Below are positions 39,561-52,679 of a stretch of 64,000 nt of DNA, in pieces. Both the position numbers and the translations under genes were made by a program. The notes under the pieces are model-generated. The model saw only the letters and a program-made list of their open reading frames with translations. It was not told the DNA's origin and did not search any database. The stretch is from Octopus vulgaris. Lineage: Eukaryota. The stretch lies in assembly GCA_951406725.2 (NCBI GenBank), contig OX597818.1:41912001-41976000 (forward strand). The letters are read 5' to 3'. Within the stretch, counting starts at the first letter, position 1. Every line of letters starts with the position of its first letter.

Positions 39561-41704
39561 TCTATACCAAAGGGATACCCAGATATACCACTTATTTGTT
39601 ACTGTCATAAGAGAATAAAGTAGATATATATATTTTACGTCTGCGTCTTGTACGAATAGAAAGCAAAAGTCAACCCTACTACTACTACTACTACTATTAC
39701 AATCCTTTCTACTGGAGGTACAAGGTTTGAAATTTGTAGGGAAGGGACTAGTCGATTACATTGACCCCCATTGTTTCACTGGTACTTAATTTATCGAAGC
39801 TGAAAAAATGAAAGGCAAAGTTGACCTCAACAGCATTTGAACTTAGAATGTAGCAATGGGTGAAATACTGCTAAGCATTTTGCCCAGCATGCTAATGATT
39901 CTGCCAGCTTACTGCCTTAAATAATGATAATAATAATAATCCTTTCTACTAAAAGCAGAAGGCTTGAAATTTAGGTTGTTATTTTATCAACCCTGGTGAG
40001 ATGAAGGATAAAATTGACTCTAGCAAGTTTTGAACTCAGAAGTTACAGAACCAGAACAAACACCATAAAGAAATTTGTCTCCTGCTGTAATGATTCTGCT
40101 ATAACAATAAACGAATATGCAGAAAGCCATGAACATGTGGAGAGGTGTTAGTTAATTAAATCAGTTTAGTACGTGACTGGTATTTTGTTTTGTTAACCCT
40201 GAAAGGATAAAAGTTGATGCTGCCCTTGATATGAACTGAGAGTATAAAGAACCAATACTAAATACCACATGGCATTTTGTCCAATACACTAATGATTCTG
40301 CTAATCTACCTCATGAAATGGTTAAGTAAAAAAGAATATTCTAGATATTACTATATTGATGATATATAATCCATGCCCTGTCATTTAGGCTGAAAATATC
40401 GCTCAATTGTAATATTTCCTGATCAGATCAAGTTGACCAAATATTCTTAAAAATTAACAAGGAGAGCAGAGTATGGCAAATAATGACTATGACCTTGTTG
40501 GACAAAGGAGAAGTCAAATGTATGAACTAAAAAGTTGAAATGCTCTAATTCTTTTGCGACAATATTTGGATGGAACTTATGAAGGAAGGAGACCCAGAAA
40601 GACATGAGACAAAGTACTGAAGGCCGATCTCAAGACACTGAACTTTACAAAGTAGATGACAAAGGACTGAGATATTTGGTGCCTTGTATTCAAGAAAACC
40701 CTTCCACCACAGCAGAATTGGTGCTACACGAAAGGCACCCCATACACTCTGGGGAATAGTTGGTATTAAGGAAGGGAATTCAGTTGTAGAAACGATGCCA
40801 GAACAAACAATAGAGCCTGGTTTGGTCCTTGGCCTTACCAGCTCTAGTCAAACCGTCCAACCCATGCTAGCATGGAAAATGGACGTTAAATGATGATGAT
40901 GATTTCTGTTGAAATACACCCTTGTATTTCTGTTAATTTTAAAAATAATGATCATCCAATAAAATAACCTTGTCATTATAAAGCTTATGTTTAGAGCATA
41001 AATTTACATGAAATTTTAATGGAAAATTTTAGTTTAGATGCCTTTAAAACAGGAAGGTTGTTCCAGAGAACCAACAGACTGAGGACAGTCTCATTTGGGT
41101 TGGTATCCAAAGGATTATTTTGTTACTGATGGTTGCAATGACAAGATTGTTAGTAATTGAATCAACTGATTTCATTTTTAAAATAAATATGTACTGACCA
41201 ATACTTTTGAGAACACTTGTTAATATTAAGCTGTATTAATTCTAGAATAACATCTTTGTCAGATATCAGATATTGTTATAGTTTGAGATGGTCATCAAAA
41301 AAAAAAAAAAAAAAAAAAAAAGAGAGAGAGAAAAGAAAAAGAAGGAAAAATGACCGTCCCGAAATGTAACAATAACTCTACCAGAATTTTCCATAAACCT
41401 TGTTGAACACTGCAGAACATTGTAGACAATCTCATCAAAATGTGTTTAGTATATCTTTATAGGTTTTTTTTCTTACATAGTAATTGAGACATTTAAAATT
41501 ATTAACAAATATAATTAATTAATGACAATTTCATCCAGTCTTTAAGAGCCCTCACCAGTCTTGAAAGCAATGAAAGAAGATCATGAATGCTGCCCTAGCC
41601 ATTAAAAAAAAGAAAGAAAATAATTGCAGATGGCTTGGCACCAAATCTCAAAAATGGAGATACTTTTACTATCTCTTCTCTCTCTCTCTCACACATATTT
41701 ATAT

Positions 41705-41754
<50 letters not shown>

Positions 41755-41789
41755 AGATGTAAGTATGTACATATATGTATGTGTATATG

Positions 41790-42192
41790 CGGCTGTGTGG
41801 TAAGTAGCTTGCTTACCAACCACATGGTTCTGGGTTCAGTCCCACTGCATGGCACTTTGGGCAAGTGTCTTCTACTATAGCCTCGGGCCAACTAAAGCTT
41901 AGTGAGTGGATCTGGTTGAAGGAAACTGAAAGAAGCCCGTCGTATATATATGTATGTGTGTGTGTATATATATATGTGTGTGTGTGTATGTTTATGTGTG
42001 CGTGTGTGTGTCCCCAACATCGCTTGACAACCGATGCTGGTGTGTATACATCCCCGTAACTTAGCGGTTCGGCAAAGAGGCCGATAGAATAAGTATTAGG
42101 CTTACAAAGAATAAGTCCTGGGATCGATTTGCTCAACTAAAGGCGGTATTCCAGCATGGCCGCAGTCAAAATGACTGAAACAAATAAAAGAG
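41790..42192 (+). mobile_element. tRNA-derived SINE family B (internal TA/TG microsatellite)
   Basis: A/B-box-like head and accttgggcaagt core; copies at 42968-43380(+), 47950-48360(-), 60655-61047(-), 16800-17225(+), 4520-4920(-), 20270-20430(-). Confidence 0.9.
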
Positions 42193-42929
42193 TATATATA
42201 TATTTTATATATTTATATATAAACACAGTATCTATATCTACACAGACAATCCTGATGAACAACTATAATAATTTTTACAAATTAGCAAGGTACGTAACTG
42301 CAAATCTATGACGTATTGAGTGTAAGGGAGGTAATTCATTATCAATGCATTTCATAGCTAACATAAAATCCTTTTTGTCCCAAGTGGGAAAACGATTTTT
42401 ATTTTAAATCTTGATGAAAAACAAAACTTTCATTAAAGATATGAATAAATAAATATAAAATACAAATAAAATTGTTGTTGAAATTATTAAATATGTAATT
42501 TGGAATATTTGTTGTTAATAACTGTAAAAAGTTATTTTAAAATTTAGAATAAAATTATGCACTTTGTTATGTGTCTGCTCAGAAATTATAATATATGCCT
42601 ATGATTATTATTGTTAATATTGTTATTGGTGTTATTATTGATATTGCTATTAAATTGCCTTCCTGAAGAAACAGTTTCAGTTCTTTATCCTATAGGTGGA
42701 AATACCAATTGCTAAGCTAAGCTATTCTTGTTTCATTTGAATAACATTGAAAAGAGAATCATGCCTTCAAGATAATCAATGAATATAGCCATTAGTATTA
42801 TTTTTTTCATTTTGGTAGAGAAAATTTTAAAAATTGCAACTTCATTCACAAATAAAATGTTTTTGTAGGCTGTAAGAGATAATACACACACACACACACA
42901 CACACACAGATAGTATGTATGCATGTATG

Positions 42930-42967
<38 letters not shown>

Positions 42968-43130
42968 CGAGTGGCTGTGTGGTAAGTAGCTTGCTTACCA
43001 ACCACATGGTTCCGGGTTCAGTTCCACTGCGTGGCACCCTGGGCAAGTGTCTTCTACAATAGCCTCGGGCAGACCAAAGTCTTGTGAGTGGATTTGGTAG
43101 AAGGAAACTGAAAGAAGCCCATCGTATATT

Positions 43131-43161
<31 letters not shown>

Positions 43162-43556
43162 GTGTGTGTGTGTTTATGTGTCTGTTTGTCCCCCCCCACC
43201 CAACATCGCTTGACAACCAATGCTGGTGTGTTTACATCCTTGTAACTTAGCGGTTCGGCAAAAGAGACCAATAGATTAAGTACAAGGCTTACAAAGAACA
43301 AGTCCTGAGATTGATTTCTTCAACTAAAGGCAGTGCTCCAGCATGGCCGCAGTCAAATGACTGAAACGAGTAAAAGAGTATTATTATTATTATTTTATTC
43401 ATAGAGAATGAGTGGAGTTGCACAAGAAGCTATAGTTTCGTATCAAAACTTTGAAAATTATTGTGACAAAACTCTTGGTTTGAATAGCTTTAGTAGTAAT
43501 CTCAGGTTTTATATATATATATATACGTTGCTTTATGTATTGAGTTGTTGCCCTAT

Positions 43557-43724
43557 CAGGACTGGCCCTAGGGTTCCTGGCACCCCCCAGGCAAGCTGAA
43601 CTTTGGCAAGCACAAGTTGATGGTTGTGGAAATTTTCTTGTCTTTGTCACGCCCTCCTTGGTGCCCCCTAGCACATGGCATCCCAGGCAACTGCCTAAGT
43701 TGTCTGTACCTTGAGCCAGCCCTG
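43557..43724. mobile_element. hAT MITE
   Basis: TIRs CAGGACTGGC / CAGGGCTGGC; 8-bp TSD TGCCCTAT vs TTCCCTAT (7/8). Confidence 0.85.
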
Positions 43725-43780
43725 TTCCCTATTTGAAAACAAAGCACACCCACATGACTATCACAGAAATTTGCATAGAA

Positions 43781-44935
43781 TCATCATCATCATCATCATC
43801 ATCATTTAACGTCCGCTTTCCATGCTAGCATGGGTTGGACGGTTCAACTGGGGTCTGGGGAGACCGAAGGCTGCACCAGGCCAGTCAGATCTGGCAGTGT
43901 TTCTACAGCTGGATGCCCTTCCTAACGCCAACCACTCCAAGAGTGTAGTGGGTGATTTTATGTGCCACCGACACAGGTGCCAGACGAGGCTGGCGAACAG
44001 CCACGCTCGGATGGTGTTTTTATGTGCCACCGACACAGGTGCCAGACGAAGCTGGCGAACGGCCACGCTCGGATGGTGTTTTTATGTGCCACCGACACAG
44101 GTGCCAGACGAGGCTGGCGAACGGCCATCTCGGATGGTGTTTTTATGTGCCACTGACACAGGTGCCAGACAAGGCTAGCAGACGACCACGCTCGGATGGT
44201 GTTTTTTTTGTACCACCGACACGGGAGCCAGATTAGGCTGGCGATCGGCCACGATTGGATGGTGATTGTTACGTGCCCACAGCATGGAGGCCAGTCGGTG
44301 CGGTACTGGCTACGGCCACGTTCGGATGGTTTTCTTGTGTGCCACCGGCACTGGTACCACAAAGATACAAATTCCATTGATGTTCATCTATTTTGATTTT
44401 GTTGATTTTCACTTGCCTCAACAGGTCTTCACAAGTGTCACAAGAAGGAAGGTATGCACAGGTGGACTGACTACGTCCCAGGTAGGGGCCACGGGTTATG
44501 GCCTGACTAGTCTTGCCGGGTCTTCTCACGCACAGCATACTTCCAAGGTCTCGGTCTCTAGTCATTTCCTTGGTGAGACCTAAAGTTCGTAGGTCGTGCT
44601 TCACCACTTCGTCCCAGGTTTTCCTGGGTCTACCTCTTCCACAGGTTCCCTCAACTGCTAGGGTGTAGCACTTTTGCACACAACTATCTTCAGCCATTCT
44701 CGTCATATGACCATACCAGCGCAGCCGTCTCTCTTGCACACCACAACTGACGCTTCTTAGGTTCAACTTTTCTCGCAAGGTACTTACACTCTGACGATTA
44801 TGAACACTGACATTACACATCCATCGGAGCATACTGGCTTCATTTCTTGCGAGCTTACGCATATCCTCAGCAGTCACGCCCATGTTTCACTACCATGTAG
44901 CATGGCTGTACGTACATATGCATCATAAAGTCTAC
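43781..44935 (-). mobile_element. 5'-truncated RTE LINE with tandem-repeat 3' UTR and (ATG)n tail
   Basis: ORF 44269-44883 has RRLRWYGH.TRM...GRGRPRKTWDEVV; tail at 43781-43805. Confidence 0.93.
43955..44350. repeat. ~62-bp GC-rich minisatellite, about 6.5 units
   Basis: Unit anchors (tgtgccac) at 43961, 44023, 44085, 44146, 44209, 44272 and 44338. Confidence 0.95.
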
Positions 44936-44939
44936 AATA

Positions 44940-45130
44940 TTATGTTCATTAATTTAAACCTGGCTTTAATAATCGAGAACTGTTTTTATTTAATGTTATA
45001 TTGAAGTGGTTTTTGCATGCAACTTAATGAAAAATCTAATATAATTGTATTGTGGAATTTTGGTTTGAAGACTAATCAAATTGCAGGTAAGTACAGGTAA
45101 ATTCAGAAATATTAAGTTTTTAAAATTCTG
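44940..45130 (-). mobile_element. Degenerate piggyBac 3' region
   Basis: Aligns by eye to the reverse complement of ~29040-29220 (aattgcaggta..tacaggtaaattca). Confidence 0.6.
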
Positions 45131-45482
45131 TTTAAATACCACCTGGTGGGAACACTAGAGTTTTCAGACTGTCCTCCTTTGTTTACATTTTGTAAAGCAA
45201 TTTATCTGCCATTATTTTGAAAACTTGAATTGGAATAAACAAAATAAATAGTGAATGGCTTTGAATCATGGGGATGACTGAGTGCGTTTGAAAGACATTT
45301 CAAAAGAGAAATTTGATGTTTTGGCAGCATTTTCTTGGAAATTACTGCCATTATCACACCCATTAGTCATTCTTTAAATGTTTAGAGTACACAGTACATA
45401 GTAGCAGGTGATTTTAATGTTTCAATCATGTGACTCTGTTTTGTCCCTGGCTAGTCATTTATACTTCTACAGATAAACTCTA

Positions 45483-46700
45483 TAAGGTGGTATCAAAAAG
45501 TTCCTGGACTAGTTGTGTTTAATAAAAAAACAACTTATCCTAAGTTTTAACATAATCTCCTTTGAAATAATCACCTTGTGCAGTAAGCAATCCACCGGTC
45601 CCAGCATTCTTGCCACCTTTGGAATCGGACCTGGAAGTCGTTTTCCGTAAGCAAGTCGAGGACCTTCTGTGATTTGCTCTGGATCAGTGTTAAAATGGTG
45701 ACCTTTGAGCTGCCTTTTCATCTTGGGGAAGAGATGGAAGTCCACAGGTGTTAAATTTGGAGGATACCAAGTTGTCTTTAGTGAGGAGAACTCAGTGACA
45801 CACTGCATTGCGATTGTGAAGAATGCAATTCTTCACACTTCACAGATCTAGTTGCTTTCACTGAATGTCCTCCCTCACACACTTCAAAAAAATCACAGCA
45901 GAACTTTCAATTGATGGTCTGGCCCTGGGGTCAAATTCTTAATGCACAATACCTGGATGTTGTAAAAAAACGTTGAGCATGCTCTTAGTTGAGATGTATC
46001 TTTGTCATGCTTTCTTTGGTCATGGAGATGAAGGGCTCTTCCACTGTAATGACTGCTGCTCTGTCTCAGGGTCATACTCATAGACTCAGCTCTCATCGTT
46101 GGTGATGATCCTTGACATGAAAGATGAGTTATCAGCAGCACGTTGATGGAGATCTTGACAGACTTCAACACAATGTTCTTTCTGCTTAGTGGTCAGAGAC
46201 ACACCTCATGTTCAATTTAGATGTTAGGATTGCTTGCATGGACCCATACAACAGACTAACAATATCAGCAATGTCCTTGATTGTCCTCCTACAATCCTCA
46301 TGTACAAGCTGATGAATTTTCTCCACATTTTCGGGGGTGATGCCTTCCAGATTGCTCATTGTCTTCCAAGGATGTTCTGCTTCTTTTGAAGTGCTTATGC
46401 CACTCAAAACATTGCATACAACCATTGCCTTGTTGCTGTAACCTTGCTGAAGCATACTCAATCTCTGTAGCAGACTTCTCAAATTTAAGGCAAAATTTCA
46501 CGTTGGCTCTTTCTTCCTGTCTATGACAAAATTCACAGACTACAGCATACAGGTGATCGCAAAAACACAAATTTCACCACTTGCAAAGTGAACACAGTGA
46601 TATCACTCGGCACACTGCTAGCTCTCACTGCACACACAACTGTGCTGCCATCTGTTAGTGTGCTACAAAACTAGTCTGGGAACTTTTTGATATCACCTCA
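45483..46700 (-). mobile_element. Near full-length mariner element with pseudogenised transposase
   Basis: ~32-bp TIRs (aggtggtatcaaaaagttcc.ggactagtt) with TA TSDs; ERANVKFC.K..KSATE N-terminus and YPPNLTPVDFHLFPKMKRQLKG (YSPDLAP.D motif). Confidence 0.95.
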
Positions 46701-47039
46701 TAAAACCAGAAAAAAACCTTGACAGAAAACAAATTATTTTAAGCATATAATTGATATCTACAACTTCAGAATTCACAGTCTAAGGAAACCAGTGAAACTC
46801 CGACTACACGCACACATGCACCTTATTTAATAACAGTTGGATTTAGATCCATGCGACTTAAGTTTCATAGGTTACTCAAAAGAACCTAATTCATCAGGCT
46901 CATAGAAACAAAATGAGGTAAGTCCAGCTGATGGTGAATGCAGATGACATGGTGTTATCAGTTTAGTAGCAACCTCAATTTCCATTCTGAATTTCTAGGA
47001 CCACATGCTAGGAGAGGATGTTGGTGGAAACATTCTTAT

Positions 47040-47450
47040 TTTTTTACTGCCCATAAGGGGCTACACACAGAGGGGACAAACAAGGACAAACAGATTAATT
47101 CGATAATATCGACCCCAGTTGGTAACTGGTACTTATTTAATCGACACCGAAAGGATGAAAGGTAAAGTCGACCCCGGCGGAATTTGAACTCAGAACGTAG
47201 CGGTAGACGAAATACCTATTTCTTTATTACCCACATGGGGCTAAACACAGAGGGGACAAGCAAGGACAGACAAACAGATTAATTCGATAATATCGACCCC
47301 AGTTGGTAACTGGCACTTATTTAATCAACCCCGAAAGGATGAAAGGTAAAGCTGACCTCGGCGGAATTTAAACTTAGAACGTAGCGGTAGACGAAATACC
47401 ACTAAGCATTTCGCTTGGCATGCAAACGATTCTGCCAGTTCGCTGCCTTT
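47040..47450 (-). mobile_element. tRNA-SINE family A, dimeric form
   Basis: Core gtcgactttgcctttcatcctttcggggtcgat..aagtaccag (resembles the Meta-SINE central domain). Intact monomer at 61281-61510(+); other copies at 9483-9697, 10548-10945, 11805-12003, 37020-37430, 39700-40310. Confidence 0.88.
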
Positions 47451-48158
47451 ATGAATGTTGGTGGAAACATTCTGTCTAGGAAGAGAGCTTTGGCCTGGTG
47501 TGTGTGTGTGTGCACATGTGCAAATAATGGTATATGAGTGTGTGTATGTAGTATGTGTATGTAGTATGTGTGCGTGTATGTGCTCTGTGTGTGTCTGTGC
47601 ATACATGTGTACATATATAGGAGTGTTTGTGTACTGGCAACATCAGTTCATTGGTGAATGTATGCATGTGTACTTGATGTGTGAGTGTGTGTATATGGTA
47701 CATGTGTGTATGTACAAATGTGTATATCTGTGCATTTGTATCTACTGTGTGTATGTGTGCATGTGCATTTGGTATGTGCACATTCCTGGTGTGTGTGTGT
47801 GTGAGCACATATGTGTGTGTTTGTATCAGATGAAGGTTGGTGATTGGAAGAGCATTCAGTTGTAAAGAAATCCACTTCAACAAATTCCATCCGAGTCATG
47901 CAAGCATAGAAAAAGGAATGTTAAAACAACAATGATGGTGAGGATGATACTCTTTACTCTTTTACTTGTTTCAGTCATTTTGACTGCGGCCATGCTGGAG
48001 CACCGCCTTTAGTCGAGCAAATCGACCCCGGGACTTATTCTTTGTAAGCCCAGTACTTATTCTATCGGTCTCTTTTGCCGAACGGCTAAGTGACGGGGAC
48101 ATAAACACACCAGCATCGGTTGTCAAGCAATGCTAGGAGGACAAACATAGACACACAA

Positions 48159-48192
<34 letters not shown>

Positions 48193-48399
48193 ACATACAT
48201 ATGTACGACAGGCTTCTTTCAGTTTCCATCTACCAAATCCACTCACAAGGCATTGGTCAGCCCAGGGCTATAGCAGAAGACACTTGCCCAAGATGCCACG
48301 CAGTGGGACTGAAACCGGAACCATGTGGTTGGTTAGCAAGCTACTTACCACACAGCCACTCATGATGATAAGAAATAGTTTGAAAAGAAAATGATAGGA

Positions 48400-49314
48400 A
48401 AGACAAATACTTGCAAGTGATTTTATTCATGAAAAAACAATGACAACATTAGTTTCATGAACTATATTTCTAGTTGATAAAACTTTCTCCATAAATAGGA
48501 GACATTTTCTCTACACCAGTTCTGATTGTAGTCTTGCCTGTGTCTTTGGATAGAAATGAATCTTAGTTGGCACACATTTAATAGTCATTGTTAATTCTTT
48601 AACAGAGAAAAAAATAATAATAATAATTCTAAAATAAAAAAAAAACAAACAACAAAAACCAAACATACACACACACACAAAAAAAAAAGCAAAACTGAAA
48701 TAAAGCTATTCAGAAGAATTTAACCATCTTTGGAGATCAACATCAGATTGTTTTAATTTTAGATATCAAAGAGACAAAGTAAGTGCAGACATCAGTGGAA
48801 AATATTCCGAAAAAAATATTCTCATTAGCATAATATATTATAATTATAATAAAAATTTAATTCATTTATAACAACAGTCTTTTGAACTTTTAAATCATAT
48901 TAAGATAAAATAAATTTTTTAAATCCAAATAAATGTAAGAATTTAGTTTTCATAAATAGGCTTGCTAAAGTTTCCAGACATCATCATTTCAGAACTGATG
49001 TTATATTTCATGTAAAAATACAGCACACATCAACAATATCACATACATTAATATATTATATTATATAATATGACGAAAAATATACAGATGTGTGTGTAAG
49101 TATATACTTACATAATAGATTTTAATTGTTATTTTTATTATGTAAGTATTTATAAAATAATTCAACTTTGTGGGGAAGAACAAATTCTTGGTGGTACAAA
49201 AGAATTTTCCAAAATTAAAAAAAAAAAAAATCACAGAAAAAAAAAACACTCAAAAAGAAACACAAATTCCAAACTGCAGTTCTTTCTGTATTGTTTGTAA
49301 TGGTGAGTCAGCAT
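48400..49314 (-). other. LCMT1: Probable LCMT1 3' UTR
   Basis: U-rich, transposon-free stretch after the stop. Minus-strand AATAAA at 49134-49139 and at 48422-48427, the latter followed by a U/GU-rich tract. Confidence 0.55.
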
Positions 49315-49441
49315 TCAAGGAGAGAAATTCACAGTGTAAAGGCCAATCTTGTTGGGATCTTTGAACGCATAAGTGATACAATAATGAGAGAGCAGCTGCT
49401 GTAACAGTTCATGCTCATCTAGAAATTCCACTTTCTCGATC
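49315..49441 (-). CDS. LCMT1: LCMT1 terminal coding exon
   Basis: ttacag|G ATC... encodes (R)IEKVEFLDEHELLQQLLSHYCITYAFKDPNKIGLYTVNFSP*, the IE..EFLDE.ELL.QL..HYC motif; TGA at 49317-49315. Confidence 0.96.
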
Positions 49442-49504
49442 CTGTAATAAAAACAAAACAGAAAATAATATCATCAAAAAGGTATACAACCAGCCCCATA
49501 TATA

Positions 49505-50275
49505 CGAGGAATAGTAAAAAAGTATCTAACTTTTATTTTTACCTAATGCTGCATGGGCAAAAGGTAACATCAACCTTCCTGTGTATGCATGAAAATTTTC
49601 ATTTTGATAGTTTGCATCAGTTCCCGGCTGTTACACCTTGAGCACAGATATGTAGTTCACGCTTGTTGGATTTTTGATTTTCACCAAATGCGTTGAGCAG
49701 AGATATTGCATCAAGTTTGGTCAAAACCATCCAGAAGATTCAGCAAGCTTTTGGTGATGATACCATGGGAAAAAGTCAGATCAAGGAGTGGTGCGACTGC
49801 TTCAAACATGGTTGCACTCAAACAGGCCATCCACAAGCCAAAACAAGGAGCCAATTGAGAAGGTTCAGTGAATAGTCATGGAAAACCATCATGTGACAAT
49901 CCTGGAAAATTGCTCACAAAGTGGGAATATGCACAGGATCAGTGCATTCCATTTTAATGGAGGGTTTGTGCATGCAGAGAGTGTCAGCAAAATTCGACAC
50001 CAAGGTGCTAGATGAGCAGCAGAAGCAACTTTGTATGGACATTCCAGACTGTGAAAACCATCACCACTGAAGATAAGACATGGGTTTATGGTCTCTGCTC
50101 AATGTGTTTGGTTATCTTGAGTGGAAACGAAAATCTGATGAGTCTATGCTCCACATCTGTACTCTAAGCATTTTTTCATGCATGCACAGGTAGAGTGCTA
50201 TCATCTCTCACCCAAAGGATTTTTCCCAAGCAGCACTAGTTTTGACAGGAAAAAATAAAGCTGGAATGCATTTCA
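49505..50275 (+). mobile_element. Internally deleted mariner in the last LCMT1 intron
   Basis: TA-CGAGG... terminus; EQRYCIKF, IQQAFGDD.MGKSQIKEW..CFKHG and V.AKF remnants. Confidence 0.8.
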
Positions 50276-51059
50276 TATATAAAAAAGATCTTTGTCATTT
50301 TATTAGTAATCAGCTTGAATTCTGTGAATGAAAAAAAAAAAACTTTCAAAAATCTTCAGGAAAAACATACATACTCCAAAGAAAGTTGTCAGTTCTGTTT
50401 ATTTTTGGTACTAAATCTACTGTCATTTCTTTTAGAAATATCCAGTGGATGTATGTTAGGGTCTACAACAAGAGATACCAATATAACTTTATTTCTTTGA
50501 AGACAATCTAAAGATCTATACTAGAAATATTTACAATACTAAGAAATAGCTGGATTTAGTGACATTTTCTGTGGATATAGGGTTAGAATTTGACCAAATG
50601 ACGTGTGCATATTTGACAATTGAACGTGAAATGAACTTTTTAACCATTTAGCTATAGCCACAGACATACAAAGATGCATACACATGCATCTTTATATAGT
50701 GGATATATAAGCTCATATATCCACTCACATGCATATTTATACATACATTCATACATATATGAACACACACACACACATTCACAAGTACATATAGTTTTTA
50801 TATAATTGCATCCACACAAAGAATGCAGCATATATGTTGGTACACAAGAATATAAAAATGTGCTCAAATGTTATATTCCTTATGCACATATAGACACAAA
50901 GAATATTGTGTGTGTGTGTATACAGACACACACATGTATACTCACACACATATATGTATGCATACACACACAGCCATATAGGTTGTTAGGCTAAATATAT
51001 CAATTTGCATAAAAGGAAAAGAAAACATAAAATCCCATTCAAAAACAAAAGTATCTTAA

Positions 51060-51280
51060 CCCCTTCATTGCCAATCCGGCTGAAACCGGCTCTGACTCTG
51101 TAATATAATTGTCTTATTTACATAAGTTTTGAATAAAAATCTTCCACCAAACCTTAGTCACAATTTATGTTCCTAACACTAGCTGAATGACAACGAAGTT
51201 ATTTTACTAAATTCTTTGTTATATTTAAAATAATTGAAAGAAACATTGAGCATCTCAAGAGAAATACAGTAACGAAAGGG
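51060..51280 (+). mobile_element. piggyBac MITE
   Basis: TTAA at 51056-51059 and 51281-51284; ends match the 28.2-kb element (gtaacgaaaggg); degenerate copy at 40903-41117. Confidence 0.9.
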
Positions 51281-51289
51281 TTAAAAAAA

Positions 51290-52385
51290 TCAAAAAATAT
51301 TAACCAGATTATAGCTGTGAGATAACAGTTTACTCCAAGTAGCCACCCTCAGCTTCCACCACAACCTCAAGACAGCTCCAAAACCTAGTGGATGCGTTTG
51401 TGACTGTGTTTGTTGGAAGATCTTCAAATAGCTCATTGATCTTGGCCATAAGATTAGTCTTGGTGTTGCAGGTAGAGTGGTTGGTGTCTTTCTCAACTGC
51501 ACCCTACACATAGTAATCCATGGGATTACAATTGGGAAAATTAGGAGGCCAGGAAAGGGGCTGGTGAAGTTGTAAAAATTCTCCAACATTTACTTCTGAC
51601 ATTGGTCAGTTAAAGTTGAGACAGTGTCATGTGACAACTTGCTGGGCTGCCTGCTGGAGCTTAGCAGCAGGTATTTAAAGGGAAAAAATTTGACAAGACA
51701 GTCAGTCACCCACTGACACTTGTTGACGCTACATCGAAGAGGCCAGGGAAGAGAAGAATGAAGAAGAAAGAAGACATGTGCCCAACACCAGAGCTGAAGA
51801 CACCTCCGAAGGGGGGGACTCCGCCATGTCAAAACGGTAGAGGAGTAGGGGCTGAAACGGGACGTGGTTCCTCCTGATGATGCCTTGAGCAAACTGGATC
51901 CTATAAAGGAGATGTTGTGGTAGCAGACCACGAAACACAGTTGAAATTTCCAGAGGAATAGCAAGGAAGTGAATCCTGCTGCTACATACAGAGCTTCTTG
52001 CAGCAACGCTCTCCAGCAGTTTCTCATAGCAGTCAGAATTGAGCCTAAGGCCCTGTTCAAAGGTGTAGAATTCTGGCATGCAGATGTAGTTAGAATGCCT
52101 GCAGTGGTCCTTCCTGCTGGCCACAGCTTCATAGTCTGTTACGGCTGTTCATGTCACAACCATTACAATGTTCACAAAGCATTGCGCATCAGTTATGATG
52201 GTCAGCATTTTAATACTCATTGCGAATCATCATGTTACAGATATCTCTCTTCCAATATTCAGATGGCTTCCTGTCCCTGTCAGCTAACTTTTTCTCAATT
52301 ACAACTTTATCTTTATACTGACTAACACCTCTTACTTTTCACCAACACACCAAGCTGTTCCTGAAAAAAGGAGACTCGAAATTCA
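51290..52385 (-). mobile_element. Decayed Tc1/mariner (maT/DD37D-like) element interrupted at 51601-51945
   Basis: FEQGLRLNSDCY, QQDS and WPPNFPNCNPMDYYV.GAVE motifs across frameshifts; coding remnant resumes on both sides of the insert. Confidence 0.75.
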
Positions 52386-52679
52386 TCAAATTTAGCCTGA
52401 ACACCTTGTAAACACATGTGTATATATGTATGGACATATATAAGTATGTGCGCATATATGGATGTTGTTTACTAGATGATACCCCTACACGAGTATATCC
52501 AGAAATTTATACCTATGAATACATCTAGACATACACAATGTATAATAGCAGTTGCATGTACCTATATTGCTCTATATGTACATAAGTACATGTGAACATA
52601 GATACATGCTTAAATACACACACACACACAGGCACATAAGGACGTACAAACATAAACATGTGAATGTAAGCAAAAATTA

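Noticed and set aside
39280-39600. Telomerase RNA, 7SK or RNase P/MRP downstream of the promoter-like island
   Set aside because: No CCCTAA template on either strand and no RNase P/MRP or 7SK signature; the H-box-like AGACCA alone is too weak.
39346-39608. Minus-strand ORFs in the island (81 aa and a ~65-codon alternative frame)
   Set aside because: No recognisable motif and no partner exons.
43955-44350. Regularly spaced repeats resembling a CRISPR array, or ribozyme units
   Set aside because: No unique spacers, no cas genes, eukaryotic context; the array lies in an RTE 3' UTR. I could not fit a complete HDV, twister or pistol topology to the unit.
45084-45100. Strong splice donor CAG|GTAAGT as a possible exon of a plus-strand gene
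   Set aside because: Lies within a degenerate piggyBac fragment homologous to 29060-29085.
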